Numbered from the stretch's first letter, positions 39,334 to 48,629 are shown. The stretch: DNA of 64,000 nucleotides from an uncultured Alphaproteobacteria bacterium (GCA_944393665.1 CALYAX010000005.1:20611-84610), one strand, 5' to 3'. Notes: generated by a model not told the origin, from the sequence alone. Numbers and translations: made by a program.

Positions 39334-40809
39334 ATGAAATATCTGATGACAGCCGCCGGTTTTGCAGCGGCATGGAGCCTGGCATTTTCTGCCGCAGCAC
39401 AAATGCTGGCAGAAGAAACTCCGGAAACCTCCGCAAATATTGAGGTCGTGAAATATCAGAGGCTGCCCTCGCTGGCGGATTTGGTGGAAAAACTGCAGCC
39501 GGCAGTGGTTAATATTTCTACCACCCATCAGCCGGGGAACGCCGAAGCCGATGAAAACATTCCGGGAATTGTCAGCGCCAATCCGGCAATCAGCGATTAT
39601 TTCAATCCGCACAACCCGCAGCAGCTGTCTTTGGGATCAGGCTTTATTATTGACAAGGACGGTTTTATTATCACCAACAATCATGTTATTGACGGTGCGG
39701 ACAGCATTGTTGTGACTTTGGCTGACAACAGCCAGTTTGACGCCGAACTGATTGGCCGGGACAGCAAAACAGACATTGCCCTGATTAAAATCAAAGCCGG
39801 AAAAGACCTTCCGACGGTTAAGCTTGGAAACTCGGATAAAATCCGTGTCGGCGACTGGATTGTTGCCATCGGAAATCCGTTTGGCCTCGGCGGGAGCGTT
39901 ACGGCCGGAATTGTTTCGGCAAAATCGCGGGATATTGAAGCCGGACCGTATGACAGCTTTATACAAACCGATGCCTCAATCAACCAGGGCAGTTCCGGCG
40001 GCCCGATGTTTAATATGGCCGGAGAGGTCATCGGTATTAATACCGCGATATTTTCAACCACCGGCGGGAATATGGGAATCGGCTTTGCAGTACCGATTAA
40101 CCTGACAGAGTTTGTCGTTAAGGAATTAAAGAGCAAAGGCAAAGTCGAGCGCGGCTGGATCGGGCTGAAAATACAGCCGAACACTTCGGATATTGCCGAC
40201 AGTCTGGGCCAGGACGAGCCTTACGGGGTGGTCATTTCGGCGGTGGAAGAAAATTCAGCAGCGCAGCAGGCAGGGATTGAAGCCGGCGATATTGTTACTT
40301 CTTTAAACGGCGAAACGATTACCGATGCCAGGGATTTTTCACGGCAAATTGCCGAAACCGCACCTGGAAGTTCTATCGAATTGAGCATTTGGCGCAACCG
40401 GCAGCAGCGTCAGGCCAAACTGCAGGTTATGAAAATGCCGGAAGAAAAAGCCGCTCCGGTTCAAACACCGGCAGCAACGGAAGAAAAGAAAAGCGGAACC
40501 GCCTTTATCACCGAAATCGGGATAGAAGCGGCAGAAATCAGTCCGGACATTATTCAGCGTTATCAGATTCCGGACGGACAGAGCGGTCTGGTTATTACCA
40601 AAGTTGACAGCGGCAGCGACGCCGAAATTAAAGGGCTGCGCGCCGGAAATCTGATTACCCAGATTGACAAGAAGGCCATCTATGACTTAAATGACCTGCG
40701 CACTTATTTAGATGAAGCCAAACAGGAGAATATGCGCCCGGTCCTGCTGCTGGTTTATGATCATGACCTCCCCCATTACGCAGCCGTAAAGTTAAAGAAA
40801 AATGACTAG
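39334..40809 (+). CDS. degP: periplasmic serine endoprotease DegP/HtrA family with two PDZ domains
   Basis: Catalytic triad context (H...D...GSSGGP) with two PDZ-like regions. Confidence 0.9.
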   Translation: MKYLMTAAGFAAAWSLAFSAAAQMLAEETPETSANIEVVKYQRLPSLADLVEKLQPAVVNISTTHQPGNAEADENIPGIVSANPAISDYFNPHNPQQLSLGSGFIIDKDGFIITNNHVIDGADSIVVTLADNSQFDAELIGRDSKTDIALIKIKAGKDLPTVKLGNSDKIRVGDWIVAIGNPFGLGGSVTAGIVSAKSRDIEAGPYDSFIQTDASINQGSSGGPMFNMAGEVIGINTAIFSTTGGNMGIGFAVPINLTEFVVKELKSKGKVERGWIGLKIQPNTSDIADSLGQDEPYGVVISAVEENSAAQQAGIEAGDIVTSLNGETITDARDFSRQIAETAPGSSIELSIWRNRQQRQAKLQVMKMPEEKAAPVQTPAATEEKKSGTAFITEIGIEAAEISPDIIQRYQIPDGQSGLVITKVDSGSDAEIKGLRAGNLITQIDKKAIYDLNDLRTYLDEAKQENMRPVLLLVYDHDLPHYAAVKLKKND

Positions 40810-41257
40810 AACAGACTTTTATCATTTACAGAGCCAGAATTTGGAAACCGTTTTGCCCAAACTGCTTGAAAAGGCTTACAGCACGGGAAAAAGCATTGTT
40901 GTCCGGGTGGGAACGGCAGAACGCGTTGAGTTTTTGAATGCGCTGCTGTGGACTTATAACGACCAGTCTTTTCTGCCGCACGGCTCATCAAAAGACGGCA
41001 ATGCCGAATTGCAGCCAATCTGGCTGACTTCCGGTTCCGACGTTCCCAATCTGGCCAGCCTGCTGTTTTTAGTGGACGGCGCCCGGGCGGACATGACGGA
41101 GCTGGAAAAGTTTGAACGTGTTTTTAATATTTTTGACGGCAATCTCCCGGAGGCCGTTGAACAGGCGCGGACTTTCTGGAAAGACCTGAAAGCTTCCGGA
41201 AACGAGTGCTTTTATTGGCAGCAGGATTCTTCCGGACGCTGGACGCAAAAAGCCTGA
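40802..41257 (+). CDS. holC: DNA polymerase III chi subunit
   Basis: 151 aa with DNA_pol3_chi-like N-terminus (TDFYHL...). Confidence 0.7.
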   Translation: MTRTDFYHLQSQNLETVLPKLLEKAYSTGKSIVVRVGTAERVEFLNALLWTYNDQSFLPHGSSKDGNAELQPIWLTSGSDVPNLASLLFLVDGARADMTELEKFERVFNIFDGNLPEAVEQARTFWKDLKASGNECFYWQQDSSGRWTQKA

Positions 41258-41307
41258 CCGTTTTATCTTAATCATCTCACCCTCCAAACGCACAATTCCG
41301 TTATTTA

Positions 41308-41336
41308 TTGAAAATTAATGTTTTTCATGTTATGAT
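41308..41336 (+). promoter_or_regulatory. sigma70-like promoter for the first cysteine-rich gene: TTGAAA - 17 nt - TATGAT
   Basis: Read directly. It is followed by a (GT)5 tract at 41341..41350 and a CAGGTACCTG palindrome at 41368..41377. Confidence 0.5.
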
Positions 41337-41400
41337 GTTGGTGTGTGTGTAGATCAGGTATCTATAACAGGTACCTGAATAAATTTATAGGTGGTGTGTG

Positions 41401-43764
41401 ATGTCTCAGCAAAAAAATTTTTGGCTGGCGTTAGCTGCATGTATCCTGCTGGGAGCAGGTACGGCAGCAGCCGGCATTTATTGGTTACCCGATTATTTAA
41501 AAGATAACGTAGATAGTAATCACCGGACGGATACCGATAAAGGTGGCGGCGACAATGTGGGCGGTACTTGCGAACAAACGTATGGACAGCTCAGCTCGTG
41601 CCCTTCCCCGAAAGTGATTGATAAAGAATACAACTATGGCAAAATAATGTGCTATAGCTGTAAGTGTCCCTCGTCCTATCAAATAACCTCCTGTTCTTCA
41701 GGCTGGCATGTTGCGGGGGTTCCGTGCAAAGAAGGAACCACCACCTATTATACCGGCTGCGAGGCGGATGCCTGCCCCGGCGGATTTACCGCGGGATTAA
41801 CCTGCGGCGCCGGTTATACCCGTGAAGTTAACGGAAAATCAGGTTCTCTGGATTGTGTCAGGTGCAATATTAAACCCTGTACCAGCGGTTATACGGCCGG
41901 CGTTGCCAATTGCAACAGCAAAACTTATCCTGCCGGATGGACATATGCCTCGTCCGGTTATTCAGGAGACAGTATCTGCGGGAAATGCACGGAAAAAACC
42001 TGCACTTCCGGATTTGAAAAAGGTTTGAACAACTGTTCCGGTAAAGCTCATGCCGAAGGCTGGACTTACAGCTCCTCCGGATATGCCGGAGACAGCGTCT
42101 GCGGCAAATGTACCGCCAAAACCTGTGCCTCAGGGTATCAGGCCGGCGTCAGCAATTGCTCCAGCACTGACAGCTGGACTTACAGCAGCAGCGGTTATGC
42201 AGGGGATTCCGTCTGCGGCCTTTGCACGGCCAAGTCCTGCGCCGACACATTTATTGCCGGTCTGGAAAACTGCAGCAACAAAGCTCATCCCAGCGGCTGG
42301 TCATATGTAAAAAGCCACAACAGCGGCAATACCGTATGCGGGAAATGCGATGTAAAAGCCTGTACCTCCGGTTCCACCAGCTGTGCCAGCGGCTTAATAC
42401 CGTCGGCCAACAGCTACTTTTCAGGCGACCAGCAATGTTATACCTGCCAAACCTGTGAAGAAATCGGCAAAAAAACCTGTAACGGCGGCTGTATTGCCAC
42501 ATCAGAGTGCTGCGGCGGCTGTGGCAGCGGAGAGGTTTGTAAAAACGGCACCTGCGTGGTTCAGACTTGTGAAAGCATTCTGACTGACCGCGGTTACGGT
42601 CTAAATACCAACCTGCCGAATAAAACCAATGTCATTATGAATGATATGACCTTTTCCAGAATGGAAGGCACAACTTACATCGGGATTGATAATTTTACCA
42701 GCATTTCACAATGCAGGGGAAAATCTCGTCCGAAACTGACATTTAATAAAGTCGGCAATCTTGACAATGCCAGCTTTACCAATCTGAATCTGTATATTAA
42801 AGCTTCAGACACCGGTAATATTGAAGTCAGAAACACGCTTACGCTCAAGAACACGGATGCGGACGTCACACCGACGACCATCAACATTCCGTCCGGGGCC
42901 GGCATTTCGATGACTGACTCAAAAATAGTGAAAAACGGCAGTGCCGCCAATACGCTTAATGACCGCGGATATATCTACTTCTACGGTACGTCGGAAGTTG
43001 GAAATGTCAATGTGTATGACTCCGGAAGAGCCGCATTTTATAAAAACGGCAAAGTCAATTCGATTACAACAAACGCCTCTTCTTCAAGTATCAGCGTCAG
43101 CAGCGGGGCCAAGTTGGAATCGACCGGGGCAATTACGATTACTTCCGGATCTTTGACGACAAGCGGAACCAGCAAATCCAACTCTAATATCAGCGGAAAA
43201 ACGTTAAGTGTTACGGGAACCCTGAAAGCTCCTTATACAAATATCAAATTGACCGACAACTTTATCGTCAACAAAAACGGCAGTTTTTCCGCCAACAATG
43301 CCTCGGTTACCGCAGCTTATGGAAAACTTTACAACGGAGCGTCAATTTCTATAGCCAATGCCGTTGATATGACATTCAAAAAGAAATTCTCCTGCGCTGT
43401 TTCTACAATAACGTTAGGAACTTGTGACTCTCTCAGCCCTGAGAATAACAATGATCACGGCATCTTCGCTTATGAATTTGAACTGGGACAGGTTGATGGC
43501 ACGGACAAGACCAGCAACACCCGTATTAATCTCTGCGGTGGTTCGAAGATGAGTTTTGTTACCGATACCAACACGTTAGCCAATTGCAGACTAAACCAGT
43601 ATAATAACGCCTCTATTTGTCTGGAATATTATGCCTGGTTTCAATGCAGCGGAAACGTTTCTCCCAATAATATGATGAACAGGGCTTTCATTGAGGGACA
43701 AACTGATTTTTCATGGTCAAATTGTCGCAAAAAATTCAAAGAAAGAAAAGATAAATGCAAGTAA
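41401..43764 (+). CDS. secreted cysteine-rich modular repeat protein, paralog 1 (787 aa): signal peptide, GIYWLPDYLK N-module, five ~41-aa A-type repeats (C.KC.AK.C..GY.AG..NC......GWTYSSSGYAGDS.CGKC), one 40-aa B-type 8-Cys module (CEEIGKKTCNGGCIATSECCGGCGSGEVCKNGTCVVQTCE), and an Asn/Ser/Thr-rich C-terminal region
   Basis: ORF with SD AGGTGG 6 nt before ATG 41401 and an own promoter and terminator. The repeat structure was read from the translation. Confidence 0.8.
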   Translation: MSQQKNFWLALAACILLGAGTAAAGIYWLPDYLKDNVDSNHRTDTDKGGGDNVGGTCEQTYGQLSSCPSPKVIDKEYNYGKIMCYSCKCPSSYQITSCSSGWHVAGVPCKEGTTTYYTGCEADACPGGFTAGLTCGAGYTREVNGKSGSLDCVRCNIKPCTSGYTAGVANCNSKTYPAGWTYASSGYSGDSICGKCTEKTCTSGFEKGLNNCSGKAHAEGWTYSSSGYAGDSVCGKCTAKTCASGYQAGVSNCSSTDSWTYSSSGYAGDSVCGLCTAKSCADTFIAGLENCSNKAHPSGWSYVKSHNSGNTVCGKCDVKACTSGSTSCASGLIPSANSYFSGDQQCYTCQTCEEIGKKTCNGGCIATSECCGGCGSGEVCKNGTCVVQTCESILTDRGYGLNTNLPNKTNVIMNDMTFSRMEGTTYIGIDNFTSISQCRGKSRPKLTFNKVGNLDNASFTNLNLYIKASDTGNIEVRNTLTLKNTDADVTPTTINIPSGAGISMTDSKIVKNGSAANTLNDRGYIYFYGTSEVGNVNVYDSGRAAFYKNGKVNSITTNASSSSISVSSGAKLESTGAITITSGSLTTSGTSKSNSNISGKTLSVTGTLKAPYTNIKLTDNFIVNKNGSFSANNASVTAAYGKLYNGASISIANAVDMTFKKKFSCAVSTITLGTCDSLSPENNNDHGIFAYEFELGQVDGTDKTSNTRINLCGGSKMSFVTDTNTLANCRLNQYNNASICLEYYAWFQCSGNVSPNNMMNRAFIEGQTDFSWSNCRKKFKERKDKCK

Positions 43765-43784
43765 AATAGCTTAACAGACAAAAC

Positions 43785-43816
43785 CTCCCCGGTGGCCTTT
43801 TCCGGGGAGTTTTTTG
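43785..43816 (+). terminator. Rho-independent terminator of paralog 1 (CTCCCCGG-loop-CCGGGGAG-T6)
   Basis: Read directly. It is duplicated at 46111..46142. Confidence 0.8.
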
Positions 43817-43839
43817 TGTCCAGCCCTCTAAACTATTTA

Positions 43840-43868
43840 TTGACTATCTTTGATTATTGATGTATTCT
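43840..43868 (+). promoter_or_regulatory. sigma70-like promoter for paralog 2: TTGACT - 17 nt - TATTCT
   Basis: Read directly. It is duplicated at 46167..46195. Confidence 0.5.
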
Positions 43869-43906
43869 GGAAGAAGTTCCGGAACAGCAATTATTGGAGA
43901 ACGGTC

Positions 43907-46090
43907 ATGAGAACAGTCTTTTTAGCCCTGGGTTTGCTAATCGCAAGCGCTTTGCCTGCTTACACCGCCTCTCCGCATAACACATACACACACAACACCG
44001 CCTTTGCTGTTTCAGAACAGTCTTACCGACTTGCCGGGATTTATTGGCTTCCGGATTATCTTAAGAATAATATCGATACCAATCGTCGTACAGATGTTGA
44101 CACCGGCGGTGGAGATATTCCGGTAGAATGCAAAAATTACGCGCCGGAATGTACATCGCCTCAAGTTCCCGGAGGTAAAACGGTGCGTATCAGCGATAAA
44201 TTCTGCCCTGTCGAATGCGTGTGTCCTGACAGTTACAAATACACATCGTCCAACTGCTCCGGAGACAAGAAACCTTCCGGCTCGGTTTGTGACGGCAAGT
44301 ATAACGACTGCCGCAGCCTGACTTGCGAAGAACGCGGTCTCAAAACCTGCGGATCCGCCTGTATCGCGGCTTCTGCCTGTTGCACGGATACGGACTGTGG
44401 CAGCGGCAAGAAATGCTCTTCCGGTTCCTGCATCGCCAAAAGTTGCGAGGAAATGGGGCAAAAAACCTGTAACGGAAGCTGTATCGCGGCTTCTGCCTGT
44501 TGCACGGATACGGACTGTGGCAGTGGCAAAAAATGTTCTTCCGGTTCCTGCATCGCCAAAAGTTGCGAGGAAATGGGACAAAAGACCTGTAACGGCAAGT
44601 GCATTGCCAAAACAGCCTGCTGTGTGAGCGGGGACTGTGCCAGCGGCATGAAATGCTTTGACAACATTTGCATTGCCCAAACCTGTGAAGAAAAAGGCTT
44701 AAAAACCTGTAACGGAAGCTGTATCGCGGTTTCTGCCTGTTGCATGGATACGGACTGCGGCAGTGGCAAAAAATGTTCTTCCGGTTCCTGTGTCGCTAAA
44801 AGCTGCGAGGAAATGGGTCAGAAAACCTGTAACAGCAAGTGCATTGCAAAAACTGCCTGCTGCACTGATACGGACTGCGGCAGCGGCAAGAAATGCCAAA
44901 ACGGATCCTGCGTAGATAGCCAGCCAAAATCAAAATGTTATGAAAAGCTTAAAGCTAAAGGTTATCTGGTAGCTGAAAACGGTGCCGAACTTGAAGCGAT
45001 TTTAAATCGCGCAGATACGCTTTCCCTGCCGGTTACTATTTATATTTTGGGAGATACTGTCATTGATAATTTTGAATTTTTCACCACCAATGGTGAAGTT
45101 TTTCCAATTCCGGTTATAAATTTGTACGATGCCTATAAAGCAGAAACAGACGGTTTGTGCTCTTTTAATGACGAAACTAATGACACCCGGATAAAGCTTC
45201 TGATGTCAAAATTAACTGTAAACAATAAATTCACCATGATGGGAATGTTATACAATTTTTTCCTTTCCTCTTTCCACATCAATATCTTTGATATTTTGTC
45301 CGGAGATGTTCATTTTTTTGATGCTGTCGGAAATTACGGCAGTGAGGCAACAATCAATAAACTGACAGAAAACTCCGGCGCTTTGTTTGGATCAACTGTT
45401 TATATTCAAGGTAAAGATGCCATATCCATGATTAATATTGACGAAATTATCAATGGAAACAGTTTAAATTTTAATTTGAATAATATCGCTTCGCTTACTG
45501 CTAATAAATTTATTGCGGAGGACTATGCACAGGCGCAGATTATAGCTGATAACGGTTTAGCAGACATCGGAACAATTACGCTTCCTAAACAAAATATATT
45601 TAATGTGACATTAAGCAACGAATCCCGGATGAGTGTGTCCAACATTACACCTCTAACAAAGACTAATTCAGCTTTTGACGTTATGATCAGAACGGGAAGT
45701 ATGTTTCGAGATGAAAGCGGAGCAGATGGTAAACCAATCGGAAATTATGTTTACCAGCCGGGAGTGACTTTCCATATGGAAATGAGCCGAAACTCCAACA
45801 ACAGCGACACAGGGAAGGCTTACAAGAATTGCATGACAACCTATACCTCTGTTGGCTATGAATCGTTTTGTACGCCAATAGCCGGCACCTATGCAGGAGG
45901 CTCTACTATTCCTGGAAATGCGATTCTTAATACCAGCTATAACACAACAAGCAGCTATTACGGAAATCCTCCGTGCACTTATAAAGATTGGAAACCGGCA
46001 TTTTCTGCAGATTTCAGTAATGTATTTAATACTGGAACGAATTATACGGCTTATTACAACTGTACTGTATACAATTTCTCAGCGTTGTAG
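43907..46090 (+). CDS. secreted cysteine-rich modular repeat protein, paralog 2 (727 aa): signal peptide, SPHNTYTHNTAF segment, GIYWLPDYLK N-module, five tandem 40-aa B-type 8-Cys modules (CEEMGQKTCNGSCIAASACCTDTDCGSGKKCSSGSCIAKS), and an Asn-rich C-terminal region
   Basis: Start chosen at MRTVFLALG (SD GGAGAA 43896..43901) by alignment with paralog 3. The ORF track start 43850 was rejected. Confidence 0.8.
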   Translation: MRTVFLALGLLIASALPAYTASPHNTYTHNTAFAVSEQSYRLAGIYWLPDYLKNNIDTNRRTDVDTGGGDIPVECKNYAPECTSPQVPGGKTVRISDKFCPVECVCPDSYKYTSSNCSGDKKPSGSVCDGKYNDCRSLTCEERGLKTCGSACIAASACCTDTDCGSGKKCSSGSCIAKSCEEMGQKTCNGSCIAASACCTDTDCGSGKKCSSGSCIAKSCEEMGQKTCNGKCIAKTACCVSGDCASGMKCFDNICIAQTCEEKGLKTCNGSCIAVSACCMDTDCGSGKKCSSGSCVAKSCEEMGQKTCNSKCIAKTACCTDTDCGSGKKCQNGSCVDSQPKSKCYEKLKAKGYLVAENGAELEAILNRADTLSLPVTIYILGDTVIDNFEFFTTNGEVFPIPVINLYDAYKAETDGLCSFNDETNDTRIKLLMSKLTVNNKFTMMGMLYNFFLSSFHINIFDILSGDVHFFDAVGNYGSEATINKLTENSGALFGSTVYIQGKDAISMINIDEIINGNSLNFNLNNIASLTANKFIAEDYAQAQIIADNGLADIGTITLPKQNIFNVTLSNESRMSVSNITPLTKTNSAFDVMIRTGSMFRDESGADGKPIGNYVYQPGVTFHMEMSRNSNNSDTGKAYKNCMTTYTSVGYESFCTPIAGTYAGGSTIPGNAILNTSYNTTSSYYGNPPCTYKDWKPAFSADFSNVFNTGTNYTAYYNCTVYNFSAL
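44324..44923 (+). repeat. Five in-frame tandem 120-bp coding repeats; copies 1 and 2 differ at only a few synonymous/near-synonymous sites
   Basis: Unit boundaries at 44324, 44444, 44564, 44684 and 44804, each beginning TGCGAGGAA/TGTGAAGAA (CEE). Confidence 0.9.
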
Positions 46091-46110
46091 AATCCTGTAA
46101 AAACTTCTAT

Positions 46111-46142
46111 CTCCCCGGTGGCCTTATCCGGGGAGTTTTTTT
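46111..46142 (+). terminator. Rho-independent terminator of paralog 2 (duplicate of the 43785 terminator)
   Basis: CTCCCCGG-tggccttat-CCGGGGAG-T7. Confidence 0.8.
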
Positions 46143-46166
46143 GTGTCCAGCCCTCTAAACTATTTA

Positions 46167-46195
46167 TTGACTATCTTTGGTTATTGATATATTCT
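46167..46195 (+). promoter_or_regulatory. sigma70-like promoter for paralog 3: TTGACT - 17 nt - TATTCT
   Basis: Read directly. Confidence 0.5.
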
Positions 46196-46233
46196 GGAAA
46201 TAGTTCCGGAACAGTAATTATTGGAGAATGGTC

Positions 46234-48589
46234 ATGAGAACAGTCTTTTTAGCCCTGGGTTTGTTTATTGCAAGCACTTTGCCTGCTCTTGCCGCCTCTC
46301 CGCATAACACATACACACACAACACCGCCTTTGCTGTTCCGGAACAGTCTTACCAACTCGCAGCAACCTGGTTCCTTCCCGACTGGCAGGCCGGGCTTGT
46401 TTCACGTACCGATACCGCTCCCGCCGGGTCCGGTGATCCTTCCCTTTCCGATTCCGCCTGCCTGACGACTTATAATCTCTTCTCCGCTTGTGTCGCTCCG
46501 CAGACCATCAAAAAGACATATAATTTCGGTAAGCTCACCTGTTATGACTGTGTCTGTCCCTCTTCTTATCAATATACTTCTTCCAACTGTTCAAACGGAT
46601 ATACGCTGGCCGGAGGGTCCTGCAACGGTAAATATCTCCAGTGCGATCCCTCGGCCTGTCCGTCAGGGTACACAGCCGGAAAGACCTGCGCCTCCGGTTA
46701 TGACCGTGAGGTGAACGGCAAATCCGGCTCCCAGGACTGTGCCAGATGCGTGGCCAAGGGCTGCCCCTCAGGCTATTCTGCAGGTTTGTCTAACTGCAAC
46801 GGGCAATCTTATACGGAGGGGTGGACCTATTCTTCCAACGGTTATGCCGGTAATAGTATCTGCGGCAAGTGCACCGCCAAGTCCTGTGCCCCGGGGGTAT
46901 ACTGCCGGGCTGGCCAACTGTAACGGACAGTCCCAGCCGTCGGGATGGACTTACAGTTCTAATGGGTATGCGGGAAACTCGGTCTGCGGGAAATGTACCG
47001 CCAAGTCCTGCCCGGCCGGATACAGCGCCGGGGTCACCCAGTGCAGCAACACCACAAGCTGGACCTATGGTTCCAACGGCTATGCCGGAAACAGTATCTG
47101 CGGCAAATGTACGTCCAAAGACTGTGCTTCGGGCTATACGGCGGGTTTAGCCAACTGTAACGGGAAAGCGCACCCGGCAGGATGGAGTTACACCGCCGGA
47201 ACGCCCAGCGGCAACACGGTTTGCGGCAAGTGCACCGCCAAAAGCTGCACGGCGGGGAGCACCAGCTGCAACAGCTCAACCCAGAACGCGACGGCCAACG
47301 GCTATTATGCAGGGGACAGTGTTTGTTACACCTGCGTCGCCAAGACCTGCGAACAAATGGGGCAGAAAACCTGCAACGGATCCTGTATTGCCACTTCCGA
47401 ATGCTGCGGCGGATGTCCTGCCGGGCACGAATGTAACGATGGAACCTGTATTCAGACAAAATGCGAGGCCGGGTATATTTTTTATTCCGACGGAACGTGT
47501 AATTCGGATTATTTAGCAGATAAGACTCCGGTCGGCATAGTGGCTGACCCTGAACACCGGCTTTTGATAGACTTAAAAGGAATTAATAATATTTCGTTAT
47601 TGGCGACAATAAGCAATATTAATATTCCGATGATAGGCAATGAATACACGCGTCCGATTTCATTTAACGGCTATTCCAATACAACAATTCTGGCAAGATA
47701 TACACCTGCTGCAACCACATGCCTGACCAAAAACCGTGACGGCATCATGAACAACTGGTATATTCCCGGCAGCGGGGAAATCCTTTCCGTTGGTAAAAAT
47801 TATCAGGCTGTTTATGCCGGACTGAATAAGCTGGCCGATTACGGCTTGGCAGACCCTAATCTGGGCTATTTATGGAGTTCCGATGAAGTATACAGCAGCG
47901 ATGAATTGGGACTGGTCATGAATCCGGCTGACCGTCAGTTAACTGCGAGACCGAGAATGGCAATGGCTGCCAATCTCCGCTGTATGGCCCATTATCTTTG
48001 CTCTGCCGCAAGCGGCTGTGAACTCCCCTGCCCGTTTGAATCTTCTGGTGACAGCAGTAACGGCGTGAATGGCTACACCAGGAAAAGTATTTCCTGCGAC
48101 GACGGATGGCTGGTCCAATCTTATCCGTTCAATTCCGCCTGCAAACGCTGTATCAATGATACCGTAGAAGGAAGCAGCAGCGGGGGAAACCAACCCGGCA
48201 AAACCGAATGTCAGGTTCTGGACTCAATGTATTATAGCAACGGTAAATATTTTTGTACTACCGCAGCCTCGGCTAATGGCACCTACATGGGAAAAATAGG
48301 AAAGAAAGGGCTGGTTATTTTGGGACAAATCGGTTCGACAATGTCTGTTTCCGATGCCGAGCAACAATGCAACAACTATACCAGAGGGACTTTCAGCAAC
48401 TGGCGGATTGTCTATACCAGCGACTCTGACAAATGGTCATCTATTATCTGCAATGTTTGCCACCCCTTTGGCAAAAGCGGCTCCCTATCAATGTATTACG
48501 GGGGTTACGGCTGGAATACCGCCACTTCTTATGACCGAAACGGCACTTTGTATTGTACGCATTCGTACAGCAATGTTTATCGGGAATAA
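46234..48589 (+). pseudogene. secreted cysteine-rich modular repeat protein, paralog 3 (~785 aa if read through), interrupted by a +1 frameshift in a C4G5 tract at 46889..46897. Its 5' end matches paralog 2 and its A-repeat/B-module body matches paralog 1, so it is chimeric.
   Basis: ORF 46228..46923 ends CTAKSCAPGVYCRAGQL* while the overlapping frame (46739..48589) continues PRGYTAGLANCNGQSQPSGWTYSSNGYAGNS... Removing one G from GGGGG restores ...SCAPGYTAGLANCNG... Confidence 0.75.
46893..46897 (+). repeat. G5 homopolymer (preceded by C4) at the frameshift point of paralog 3
   Basis: gcc ccggggg tat at 46888..46900. Confidence 0.9.
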
Positions 48590-48600
48590 GCTGTGGTGAG

Positions 48601-48628
48601 AAACGCCCCGGACTTAGCCGGGGCGTTT
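48601..48628. terminator. Bidirectional rho-independent terminator between paralog 3 (+) and the 48630..50261 gene (-)
   Basis: AAACGCCCCGG-acttag-CCGGGGCGTTT. Confidence 0.75.
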
Positions 48629-48629
48629 C

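Larger units (their letters stand above)
43785..44033 (+). repeat. Direct repeat copy 1 of a ~250-bp cassette (terminator + promoter + 5'UTR + first ~42 codons), about 93% identical to 46110..46358
   Basis: Aligned by eye, with a few substitutions and 1-bp indels. Confidence 0.85.
46110..46358 (+). repeat. Direct repeat copy 2 of the ~250-bp terminator/promoter/5'-coding cassette
   Basis: See copy 1. Confidence 0.85.

Noticed and set aside
41258-41400. Possible small RNA or tRNA in the 140-nt spacer after holC
   Set aside because: No cloverleaf or terminator was found. The sequence is better explained as promoter plus structured leader of the first cysteine-rich gene.
43850-43906. Upstream start codons for paralog 2 (43850, MIIDVFWKKF...) and paralog 3 (46228, MVMRTV)
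   Set aside because: Alignment of the paralogs and the position of GGAGAA SD elements favour MRTVFLALG (43907 / 46234) as the signal-peptide start. The extra residues are not conserved and overlap the promoter/5'UTR repeat.
44324-44923. Possible CRISPR array suggested by regularly spaced near-identical repeats
   Set aside because: The repeats are 120 bp, contiguous without spacers, in-frame inside a long ORF, and encode a Cys-rich protein module. No cas genes are present.
43785-46358. Direct repeats flanking paralog 2 as possible insertion-sequence or transposon ends
   Set aside because: The repeats contain a terminator, a promoter and the first ~42 codons of the downstream genes. No transposase, inverted-repeat termini or target-site duplications were found. 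Tandem gene duplication explains them.
46739-46900. N-terminal 55 residues of ORF 46739..48589 (MPDAWPRAAPQAILQ...)
   Set aside because: These are an out-of-frame reading of the A-type repeat region, created by the +1 frameshift at the C4G5 tract. The frame only carries real coding signal from ~46898 onward.
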